Of a DNA stretch of 32,000 nt, positions 15,712 through 23,784 are shown in pieces. Position 1 is the stretch's first letter, and the number at the start of each line of letters is the position of its first letter. The stretch comes from Desulfocapsa sulfexigens DSM 10523. Lineage in GTDB: Bacteria; Desulfobacterota; Desulfobulbia; Desulfobulbales; Desulfocapsaceae. A program made the translations under genes and the position numbers. Where the stretch lies: contig NC_020304.1 of the NCBI RefSeq assembly GCF_000341395.1, positions 330,001-362,000 of the forward strand. Reading direction: 5' to 3'. A model generated the notes under the pieces. That model had not been told where the DNA came from. It was given only the letters and a program-made list of their open reading frames with translations, and did not search any database.

Positions 15712-16455
15712 ATGGAACGATTTTCAAGAACACGCTGCTTCCTTGGCAATAAAAAATTCAGCGCTCTGCAAAAGGCAACAGTTGCCATTGTAGGTGTCGG
15801 TGCAGTGGGAGGCTATGCTGCTGAAGGACTGGCGAGAGCCGGTGTTGGCCATCTGCGACTGGTTGATTTTGACACTATCCAGCCATCCAACATTAACAGG
15901 CAGATACTGGCCCTTGAAAGCAGTATCGGAAGACCAAAGGTGGATGTCGCCAGAGAGCGGATCGCCCTTATCAATCCAGATTGCCGGGTGGAAGCTTTAA
16001 GGCTTTTTGCCGCAGAGGAAACGCTTGACGAAATACTGTCACCAGCGCCGGATATCCTGATAGATGCCATAGACTCCCTTAACCCCAAAGTTCAGCTTCT
16101 GGCTGGTGCCCACAGGCGAAAGATCACCACATTCTCTTCCATGGGTGCAGCCCTGCGAACAGATCCTTTGAAAATCAAGGTTGGGGACATCATGACATCG
16201 AATCACTGCCCGCTGGCCAAGCATGTTCGCAATCGCCTGCGACGTCAAGGAGTGGGAGGGGGTATATACTGTATCTATTCCACAGAACGGGTGAATTTCA
16301 CTTACCAGGGACCTGAGAAAACCACACAGCCAGCGTCTGCCTATGAGGACAGAGGAAGAACACGCAACGTACTGGGATCATTGCCAACAATCACAGGAAT
16401 TTTTGGACTGATACTGGCGAATGAAGTTATTCTTCACCTGACAAAAGAGATCTAA
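15712..16455 (+). CDS. tcdA: tRNA threonylcarbamoyladenosine dehydratase (ThiF-family, TcdA/CsdL)
   Basis: RF.R...LG...F..L....V.IVGVGAVGGYAAEGLARAGVG.L.LVDFD.I..SN.NRQ, then DAIDS...K, match the TcdA pattern. Confidence 0.85.
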   Translation: MERFSRTRCFLGNKKFSALQKATVAIVGVGAVGGYAAEGLARAGVGHLRLVDFDTIQPSNINRQILALESSIGRPKVDVARERIALINPDCRVEALRLFAAEETLDEILSPAPDILIDAIDSLNPKVQLLAGAHRRKITTFSSMGAALRTDPLKIKVGDIMTSNHCPLAKHVRNRLRRQGVGGGIYCIYSTERVNFTYQGPEKTTQPASAYEDRGRTRNVLGSLPTITGIFGLILANEVILHLTKEI

Positions 16456-16649
16456 AAAGAACCTGATTACCATCGAAACTCAGCTTTGCAACCCAGAGTT
16501 GTTCCGTGTCGATTATATGGGACGCCATAAACCCATCCCTGGGGGCTCAGCTGCGGCCGTCCAGGCCGCAGATGCCCATATAATCAACACGAAACAACTC
16601 CTCCTTAAACGGGTAAGCTGAGGATTAGTGGTAATCAGGAAAAAGAACC
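16454..16649. repeat. 178-bp highly palindromic MITE-like element flanked by 10-nt direct repeats
   Basis: The direct repeat AAAAAGAACC occurs at 16454-16463 and 16640-16649. Terminal inverted repeats are CCTGATTACCA (16462-16472) / TGGTAATCAGG (16629-16639). Nested inverted repeats are 16479-16486/16615-16622 (8 bp) and 16491-16494/16611-16614 (4 bp). A further pair at 16496-16521/16575-16600 is 26 bp with 2 transition mismatches. The apical hairpin is 16551-16571 (8-bp stem). The element fills almost the whole 197-bp spacer between the convergent stop codons of tcdA and the CPBP gene. Confidence 0.6.
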
Positions 16650-16652
16650 AAC

Positions 16653-17372
16653 TTACCAGAACAGCCAGTTTCCGGTCACAACAACATAGACACCCAGGCC
16701 GAAATTTGTGACGCCATGGGCAATCACCACACCCCTTAACTTTTTTTGACGAAGCAGCAATGCTCCATACAGCAATCCTGCTAAAATTCCTGCGACAATC
16801 CTATGGTGCTCCAGACCAAACAAAATTGCCACCCCGAGAAACGACAGCCAGGTAAACGTCCCCAAAGCAACGGAACGAAAATCAACATCAACAAGATAGC
16901 GCATCAGAAATGACCGCCAGAACAACTCTTCCATAACTGGTACAACAATGGATGCACCGATAAGACGTATAGCAATCAAGCCGATTGCCAGCCCCTTAGA
17001 TTCTGCCATGACATAGGGATTAAAACCTGTTCCGGAATCCAACTGATAAAAGAGTCCTTCCGGAACTATCCATAAAACCAGTACAAGCAAGCCACAAAGA
17101 ATCGCGACGACAAACTCACCAGGCGTTAAAACGGTAGCAAAGTCATCTGCATATACATGGCGCCACAACCAGAGCGTCCCACCAACAAGCACAGTTTTGG
17201 TGACATAGAGATAAGGTACCAGTGCAGGAAAATAACGCGCTGGTTCTGTTAGAAGCATAAAGAGAGCAAAGGGGACAACGTAGGGCAGCCAGGGTTTTCT
17301 AATAAAACCAGCCATCGACTTTTTTGGCACGCCTGCCTCCTGCCATTGAATTGAAAGGACTCTCTTCAGCAC
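16653..17372 (-). CDS. CPBP-family (CAAX/Abi-type) intramembrane glutamic endopeptidase
   Basis: Polytopic protein with motifs PVMEELFWRSF (EExxxR), FGLEHH (FxxxH) and AHGVTNF (HxxxN). The start is uncertain: GTG 17372 overlaps the upstream gene by 7 nt, GTG 17330 has GGAGG 5 nt upstream, and ATG 17315 is also possible. Confidence 0.8.
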   Translation of the reverse strand: MLKRVLSIQWQEAGVPKKSMAGFIRKPWLPYVVPFALFMLLTEPARYFPALVPYLYVTKTVLVGGTLWLWRHVYADDFATVLTPGEFVVAILCGLLVLVLWIVPEGLFYQLDSGTGFNPYVMAESKGLAIGLIAIRLIGASIVVPVMEELFWRSFLMRYLVDVDFRSVALGTFTWLSFLGVAILFGLEHHRIVAGILAGLLYGALLLRQKKLRGVVIAHGVTNFGLGVYVVVTGNWLFW

Positions 17373-17548
17373 TCATGCTTGACCAGGAAATCAAGCACCA
17401 TCTCTTCCATAATTTCGAGCTGCTCACGTCCTGTCTCGTTGGTGATGATCCAGGAGCACCGCTGATAGGCTCGATAGAGATGTTCAGGGATTTTAATTTT
17501 TAATTCAACCAGCCCATCGTCCCTTGCAATCAGTTTTTTTTCAGCCAT
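17366..17548 (-). CDS. 60-aa hypothetical protein, possibly ribbon-helix-helix-like
   Basis: It is wedged exactly between the hisA-like stop (2-nt gap) and the CPBP start (overlap). The predicted beta-alpha-alpha layout is ELKIKIP / EHLYRAYQRCSWII / REQLEIMEEMVLDFLVKH. I recognise no family, and coding status rests on this packing. Confidence 0.5.
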   Translation of the reverse strand: MAEKKLIARDDGLVELKIKIPEHLYRAYQRCSWIITNETGREQLEIMEEMVLDFLVKHEC

Positions 17549-17550
17549 CT

Positions 17551-18318
17551 CTACATATGACTCTTGTGGAAGCTTACAGCCTGATCATATGTCATACCAC
17601 TACCACCAAAGATATCCAGGGCACTCCCTACGGTGGCATGTAATCGATTTCGACCAAGTTCAGCAATCAAGTCCATATCACTCATATCTTTTATTCCTCC
17701 GGCATAGGTGGTGGGAATAGGACTCCAGTCAGCCAGTCTCTTCACAAGTTCCGCCTCAATGCCATTGCATTGCCCTTCAACGTCAGCGGCATGGACCAGA
17801 AATTCATCACAGAGGGATGCAAACTGATCCAGTGTTTCCGGGCTGATAATGACATCGGTAAAATTTTGCCAGCGGTCCGTTACAATATAGTAGTCATCCC
17901 CTTTCCGACGACAACTCAGATCAAGAACCAAATTTTCCTTCCCCACGGATGTCACGAGTTTATGCAGCCGATTACTGTCAATTCGCCCTTTAGAAAAGAC
18001 ATAGGACGTTACGATAACATGTGAAGCCCCTCTTTCGAGCCACTCCCTTCCATTCTCAGCCGTTATCCCACCACCAATCTGCATTCCACCCGGCCAGGCA
18101 GCAAGTGCTTCGGCCGCCGCCTCATCATTTCCCGGCCCAAGCTTGATAATATGCCCGCCCGTGAGATTGTCGCGACGGTATAACTCCGAATACCAGGACG
18201 AAGGATGAGTGGCTGTAAAATTTGTCTGGAGGCCCGCAGGGTCATCATCACTCAAAGTTGAGCCGACTATCTGTTTTACTTTACCATTATGAAGGTCGAT
18301 ACATGGTCTGAATTGCAT
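17551..18318 (-). CDS. hisA: Eukaryote-type (His6-like) ProFAR isomerase HisA
   Basis: From ATG 18318 the product reads MQFRPCIDLHNGKVKQIVG.TL. It continues with GGH.I.LG, QIGGGI, H.IVTS..F, LVLDLSCR......Y.V.TD.W, EFL.HA.DVEG...GI and YAGG. This is the TIGR02129-like pattern rather than the usual bacterial HisA. The 20-aa upstream extension of the track ORF is hydrophobic junk. Confidence 0.8.
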   Translation of the reverse strand: MQFRPCIDLHNGKVKQIVGSTLSDDDPAGLQTNFTATHPSSWYSELYRRDNLTGGHIIKLGPGNDEAAAEALAAWPGGMQIGGGITAENGREWLERGASHVIVTSYVFSKGRIDSNRLHKLVTSVGKENLVLDLSCRRKGDDYYIVTDRWQNFTDVIISPETLDQFASLCDEFLVHAADVEGQCNGIEAELVKRLADWSPIPTTYAGGIKDMSDMDLIAELGRNRLHATVGSALDIFGGSGMTYDQAVSFHKSHM

Positions 18319-18349
18319 GGTGAACGGGTACAGGGAGATCAGGTTTACG

Positions 18350-18395
18350 GTTATAAATAAAAAGGCGGGTATCTCCAATTGGAAATACCCGCCTT
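18350..18395 (-). terminator. Strong rho-independent terminator, minus-strand specific
   Basis: The minus strand reads AAGGCGGGUAUUUCCAAUUGGAGAUACCCGCCUU followed by UUUAUUUAU. The stem is about 15 bp including a U.G wobble that would be C.A on the plus strand. It lies 39 nt downstream of the ATPase gene stop. Confidence 0.8.
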
Positions 18396-18433
18396 ACAAC
18401 TTCAGAAAGAAAGTGCTGACTATCTTTTTCTGA

Positions 18434-19186
18434 CTACGCCTTTTTAATCAGCATGGTTGCGGGATCAAGACTCAAAGACTTCCCAGCATCAACGGAACAT
18501 GCTTCAGAACACTTCAACGTTTTCAGTCTGATTTCATCCTTCTCGGGAGATATCAGGAGAACTGTATCGAAAATATCGTCCACCTCATGACATGGTGCAG
18601 GAACACCATTGGCACTGACGCGATTATCGTCACGATGACTGACAGCAGAAAACCAGATCATTTTCAGATCATTTTGTTTCATAAAGCTCTTCAATTCACC
18701 TAAGGCAGCAGCACTGCCAGCTCCAGCAAAATCAAAGCCATCAATAACCAGACAATCAGCCTTGAAGATTCCCTGCTGAGAAAGGTCTTCCATGCGCTCC
18801 TCAAGAGTTGCAACACTGAAACTGTTCTCCTTGAATGTCATAATCATTCGATTCTGCATTACTTCGTCAACAATCTGCTGGTAACTCCCAATGCTCTTGT
18901 CCTGATGATTCATCAGAGAAAGAATATCGTCATACCAGGTTTTGGTTTTTTCCAAACCTTCACCGATGGCGACATGGAGAACTTTGTTTTCCCGGAGCAT
19001 GGAATCCATAGCAATCTGTACCAGAATTGCTGTTTTCCCGAGACCGGCACGCGCCATAACCAGGCCAACGCGACGGCCATCATTACCATCTTCTTTTTCA
19101 AGGCCTAAAGCCCGTAACGGATTGTTTGATACCAGGTCTTCTTTTCCCATGGCAATACCTCTTATATAGTCATTTGCGGCAGCCAT
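18434..19186 (-). CDS. Single-domain RecA/KaiC/DnaB-like P-loop ATPase, function unknown
   Basis: Walker A is GLVMARAGLGKTAILVQIA, the Walker B-like motif is ADCLVIDGFDF, and an acidic residue follows strand 2 (HVAIGEG). A more likely start is ATG 19150 (MGKEDL...), which has AGAGG 8 nt upstream. Confidence 0.6.
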   Translation of the reverse strand: MAAANDYIRGIAMGKEDLVSNNPLRALGLEKEDGNDGRRVGLVMARAGLGKTAILVQIAMDSMLRENKVLHVAIGEGLEKTKTWYDDILSLMNHQDKSIGSYQQIVDEVMQNRMIMTFKENSFSVATLEERMEDLSQQGIFKADCLVIDGFDFAGAGSAAALGELKSFMKQNDLKMIWFSAVSHRDDNRVSANGVPAPCHEVDDIFDTVLLISPEKDEIRLKTLKCSEACSVDAGKSLSLDPATMLIKKA

Positions 19187-19258
19187 TCAGGCTAGCCTTG
19201 ACAGACAGCAATACTGTCCGAAACAAAAATCATTGTACCTTATTCAGAACGGAAAACT

Positions 19259-21343
19259 CTATTTTTCTTTTTTCTCGTCCTGATATTTCTTCACAAGCTC
19301 TTCGCTGACACTCTTCGGAACAGGCTTAAAACTTGCGAACTCCATGGTAAACTCAGCCTTGCCCTGAGTCAGGGAACGCAGTGCTGTGGAATAACCAAAC
19401 ATTTCCGAAAGAGGAACTTCCGCTTCAACCACAGTATAGTTGCCTTCTTCCGTAGTACCGATAATCATACCACGACGCTGATTTATACTTCCCATAACAG
19501 ATCCCTGAAATTCAGAAGGCCCCTCAACAGCCACCTTCATAATGGGTTCCATAATTTTAGGTTTGGCTTTTGCATATCCTTCTCTGAAGGCACCAGCTGC
19601 AGCCAGCTGAAAAGCCACATCGGAGGAGTCAACGGCGTGAAAAGAGCCGTCATTAATAACACAGCGCACTCCGGTAACCGGTGAACCACAGAGAGTTCCC
19701 TTTGCCAGACTCTTTGCGAAACCTTTATCACAGGATGAAATAAACTCGCGCGGAATTGCTCCACCGACGATTTTATCCTCAAATTCATACTCACCCTCTT
19801 CCAGAGGCTCCATATAGCCGGCAACCCGACCAAACTGACCGGAACCACCAGTCTGTTTTTTGTGGGTGTAGTTAAATTCTGCACGGGCAGAAATGGTCTC
19901 GCGATAAGCAACCTGAGGAGCACCAACTTCAACTTCTGCATTGTACTCCCGTTTCATACGCTCGACATAGACTTCAAGGTGCAACTCACCCATTCCAGAA
20001 ATAATAGTCTCATTGGTCTCATGATCAACGAAGGTCTTGAAGGTCGGATCTTCTTTAGTAAAACGGTTAAGAGCCTTGGACATATTGATCTGAGCTTTAT
20101 TGTCAACGGGGAGAATGGCGAGTGAAATAACAGGTTCAGGGATATGCATGGAACTCATGGAACAAGTGATCTTACCATCGGTAAACGTATCACCGGAGGC
20201 ACAATCAACACCAAACAGAGCCACAATGTCACCAGAACCACAGGAGTCAATATCCTCCATGTCGTCGGAATGCATACGAACCAGACGCCCGACTTTTACC
20301 TTTTTACCGGTACGAACATTATAAATCGTATCACCCTTGGTCAGTCTGCCCTGATAGGTACGAACATAAGTGAGCTGACCATAACGTCCATCCTCCAGTT
20401 TGAAAGCCAGCATAACAAGAGGATCGTCATCATTATTTGACACCGGAAACTCTTCTTCATTTTTATCAAGATCAAGTCCAATATTCTCAACATCGGTGGG
20501 ACAGGGAAGATAGTACTCAACGGCATCCAGAAGTGGTTGAACAGCCTTGTTTTTATATGCCGAACCAATAAAAACAGGTGAAAATTCAAGGGCAAGTGTT
20601 CCCGCCCGAACAGCAGCCTTAACCATGTCAGATGTAATCTCAGTTTCCTCCAGCATGGCCTCCATCAGATCATCGGAAAACATGGAAACAGCATCAAGCA
20701 GTTCCTCACGTTTTGCATCTGCTGCATCCTGAAGTTCGGCTGGAATTTCTTCTTCACGAATAATTTCACCATTATCCCCATCGAAATAGAGTGCCTTCAT
20801 GGTGACCAGATCAACCACACCTGCGAGGTCATTTTCAAGGCCAATGGGAAGCTGCAGCATGTGTGCATTCAAGCCCAGTTTATCCTGAAGCTGTCGGGTT
20901 ACCCGCTCGGGATTGGCACCGGTACGATCACACTTGTTGATAAAGGAGATACGAGGGACATTGTAGCGATCCATCTGCCTGTTTACGGTAATGGACTGAG
21001 ACTGCACACCACCAACAGAGCAGAGAATAAGCACAGCACCATCGAGTACACGAAGGGCGCGCTCGACTTCCACAGTAAAGTCAACATGACCGGGAGTATC
21101 AATGATATTGATATTGTTTCCCTTCCAGTTACAATAAGTAGCTGCAGACTGGATGGTAATTCCACGCTCTCTCTCAAGTTCCATGGAATCCATTTTTGCA
21201 CCAACACCGTCTTTTCCACGAACATCATGGATGGCATGGATCCTGTCCGTATAAAACAGGATGCGCTCGGTCAAGGTTGTTTTCCCCGAATCAATATGGG
21301 CACTGATCCCTATGTTTCGCACGTTGCTTAAATCTACACTCAT
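19259..21343 (-). CDS. fusA: Elongation factor G paralog (EF-G2-like), not in an str operon
   Basis: G motifs [14 protein letters not shown] and [23 protein letters not shown] resembles the EF-G2-type variant, whereas canonical EF-G1 has MDWMEQEQERGITITSAAT. The protein is 694 aa with full five-domain length. No rpsL, rpsG or tuf genes flank it. Confidence 0.9.
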   Translation of the reverse strand: MSVDLSNVRNIGISAHIDSGKTTLTERILFYTDRIHAIHDVRGKDGVGAKMDSMELERERGITIQSAATYCNWKGNNINIIDTPGHVDFTVEVERALRVLDGAVLILCSVGGVQSQSITVNRQMDRYNVPRISFINKCDRTGANPERVTRQLQDKLGLNAHMLQLPIGLENDLAGVVDLVTMKALYFDGDNGEIIREEEIPAELQDAADAKREELLDAVSMFSDDLMEAMLEETEITSDMVKAAVRAGTLALEFSPVFIGSAYKNKAVQPLLDAVEYYLPCPTDVENIGLDLDKNEEEFPVSNNDDDPLVMLAFKLEDGRYGQLTYVRTYQGRLTKGDTIYNVRTGKKVKVGRLVRMHSDDMEDIDSCGSGDIVALFGVDCASGDTFTDGKITCSMSSMHIPEPVISLAILPVDNKAQINMSKALNRFTKEDPTFKTFVDHETNETIISGMGELHLEVYVERMKREYNAEVEVGAPQVAYRETISARAEFNYTHKKQTGGSGQFGRVAGYMEPLEEGEYEFEDKIVGGAIPREFISSCDKGFAKSLAKGTLCGSPVTGVRCVINDGSFHAVDSSDVAFQLAAAGAFREGYAKAKPKIMEPIMKVAVEGPSEFQGSVMGSINQRRGMIIGTTEEGNYTVVEAEVPLSEMFGYSTALRSLTQGKAEFTMEFASFKPVPKSVSEELVKKYQDEKKEK

Positions 21344-21414
21344 GTCTGCTACCCTCTACCAGATTCTTCCTGCCGGGAAACCCGGCTCAGCTCGCCTGGG
21401 ACGAACTTAATATG

Positions 21415-21455
21415 AAATAAAAAAATAAGGAGCCACAGTTTTCTGCAACTCCTTA
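21415..21455 (-). terminator. Rho-independent terminator 72 nt upstream of the fusA-paralog start codon
   Basis: The minus strand reads UAAGGAGUUGCAG-AAAA-CUGUGGCUCCUUA followed by UUUUUUUAUUU. The 13-bp stem has 3 G.U pairs that become A.C on the plus strand, so it is minus-strand specific. Confidence 0.75.
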
Positions 21456-21738
21456 CTCAACAATTTAAACAGACCAAAAATACTTTTTCTGCCAGATTCA
21501 CTAAAATATCCGGGAGATTAAGCACTTCAAATCCCCCCTCAAGACCATTCATGGCAAGAAAAAACTCCCAATGATACCCTATTTGCCATTTCAAGGGAAG
21601 TTTTTTTTTCCCTATCCCCAAGGCAACCCTTTTCAACACGCGCTCTGCCCCTATTTCTTGACTTTTCAACCCATTCTCTCATAACCTTACAATAGCAAAC
21701 AAGAAATCCCGTTTACCAAGAGAAGAAAAGTGGCCTTT

Positions 21739-23784
21739 ATGCAAGACATCATGACTATCTGTAATTACTGTGGCTGCGGCTGCGGCGTGTATCTTCGTGT
21801 CGAAGAGGGCCTTGTTGTGGGTTCTCACCCCAGCAGAAGTCACCCCATCAGTCGTGGTAATCTCTGTTCCAAGGGATGGCACCTTCATGAATTTATCCAC
21901 TCTCACAAACGACTGAAAGAACCATTACTCAGGCAAAACGGCATACTTCAAGAGGTAAGCTGGGATGAAGCTCTGGATTTTACTGCCGCAGCACTTCTCC
22001 ATGCAAAAGAAACAACCGGTCCCGACAGCATAGGTGTGCTTTCGAGCGCAAAATGCAGTAACGAAGAAAACTATCTCCTCCAGAAACTCACCCGGGCCGG
22101 GCTCGGCACCAACAATATTGATCACTGCGCACGACTCTGACATTCTTCCACTGTGGTAGGTCTTGCCACAAGCTTTGGATCCGGTGCCATGACAAATTCC
22201 ATTGGTGAACTCATTGATGCCGACGTCCTTCTCATCACCGGTTCCAATACCACGGAGACCCACCCTCAGATTGGCCGTAATATATTAGAAGCTGTGGATC
22301 GCGGGGCAAAACTGCTCGTCATCGATCCACGCAAAACAGATATTGCCAGACAGGCTGATATCCATCTTGCACTCCGTCCGGGAACCGATATTGCCCTGAT
22401 CAATGCCATGATGCGTATCATCCTTGACGAAGATCTTGCCGACGATCTTTTTATCTCCATGCGCACGGAGAATTTCATCGCTCTTCGTGACTATCTCCAT
22501 CGTCTTGATCTTGATGAGCTGGCACGCATCACAGAAATCGACCGTGCCACAATCCGCGAAGCTGCCTGCATCTACGCCAGAAGCAGCAAATCCGTTATCT
22601 GCTACTGCCTTGGAGTCACTCAACATACCTGCGGCACTGATAATGTTCAGGCCGTGGCCAACCTTGCCATGCTCACCGGCAATGTCGAAAAAAAGCATAG
22701 TGGGGTTGATCCCCTTCGTGGCCAGAACAACGTTCAGGGTGCCTGTGATATGGCAGCACTTCCAGCGGTATTGCCTGGCTATCAAAGCCTTGCCGACCTT
22801 GAGGTGCAAAAGCGTTTTCGAGATGTCTGGAAGCATGACGTCCCGACTACTCCCGGAAAAAGCCTGACAGAAATGACCCATTCTGGAAAAGATGGAGCCA
22901 TTAAAGCCATGTTTATCATGGGCGAAAACCCGGCACTCAGCGATCCCCACTTGAACCGTGTGAAAACCACCCTGGAGAATCTCGACTTTCTGGCAGTATC
23001 CGACATATTTCTCACTGAAACGGCACAGCTCGCCGATGTGGTTTTTCCTGCCGCCTCCTTTGCTGAAAAGGGTGGCACCATCACCAACTCCGAACGAAGG
23101 GTACAGATTTGCCGACGTGCCATTCCCCCCATCCACAATTGTCGCCCTGACAGCCACATCATCATGGATCTCGGAAAACGTATTGGCTGCCCCGGCATGG
23201 ACTTTGACAGCGATGCCGAAATAATGGAAGAGATCAGTCTGCTCACCCCCATCTATGGAGGCATGCATCACGACAGACTTGCCCGGAACCACGGCCTGCA
23301 ATGGCCCTGCCTTGATCGGAATCATCCCGGCACCGAATTCCTTCACAAGTATTATTTCGCCAGGGGAAAAGGCCGGTTCACCATCACCAGACACCAGGAG
23401 CCCTACGAGAAGACAGAAAAGAAATACCCATTCACCCTCGTCACCGGCCGTGGCTCCTATCACCACTATCACACGGCAACCATGAGCAGAAATTCCAAAC
23501 GACTGGTACGAGAATATCCGCTGGCTTTGCTTGAAATCAACAGAGCAGACTGTGAAAAATTGCAACTGAAAGACGGCGAGACCGTTGAACTCAGCTCAAA
23601 ACGCGGGACAGTGCGGATAACCACTCAGGTCACCGATCGCGTCAAACCAGGTACTGTCTTTTCCTCCTTCCACTTTTTTGAAGTTCCCATCAATGAGCTC
23701 ACCGTTGATGCCATGGATCCGAAATCAAAATGCCCGGAATTTAAAGTCTGTGCAGTACAACTCAAAAAGGTGGCTCATGATTGA
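21739..23784 (+). CDS. fdhA: Selenocysteine-containing formate dehydrogenase catalytic subunit (FdhF/FdhA-type, cytoplasmic, Mo/W-bisPGD)
   Basis: Track ORFs 21730..22140 and 22153..23784 are in the same frame and are separated only by TGA 22138-22140. The joined product reads [30 protein letters not shown], the canonical FDH active-site Sec context. The N-terminal CNYCGCGC is a 4Fe-4S motif. RGQNNVQGACDMAALP matches E. coli FdhF. There is no Tat signal. The start is ATG 21739, or GTG 21730. Confidence 0.9.
22147..22179 (+). promoter_or_regulatory. Bacterial SECIS hairpin for the fdhA UGA
   Basis: The stem starts 10 nt after the UGA: CUGUGG (22151-22156) / CCAC-A-AG (22166-22172, one bulged A). 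The apical loop UAGGUCUUG contains GGUCU, as in the E. coli fdhF SECIS loop. A lower extension pairs UCCA 22147-22150 with UGGA 22176-22179. Confidence 0.7.

Noticed and set aside
16462-16639. Interpretation of the 178-nt palindromic element as 6S RNA (right size, long hairpin)
   Set aside because: Three features argue against 6S RNA and for a DNA-level inverted-repeat element. The 26-bp almost perfect duplex is unlike 6S helices. The internal loop is very asymmetric (3 nt against 12 nt) and does not resemble the 6S central bubble. The flanking 10-nt direct repeats also point to an insertion. A structured-RNA role is kept as an alternative in the findings.
21457-21669. 70-aa TTG-initiated ORF as a feature call
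   Set aside because: It has a non-ATG start, poor codon usage and no recognisable family. It is retained only as a hypothesis in the finding about the orphan terminator.
22285-23565. Very long (426-aa) ORF on the minus strand
   Set aside because: It lies entirely antisense to fdhA, whose product has unambiguous FDH motifs. The antisense translation is low-complexity with no recognisable motifs. Long antisense ORFs are common opposite GC-rich, codon-biased genes.
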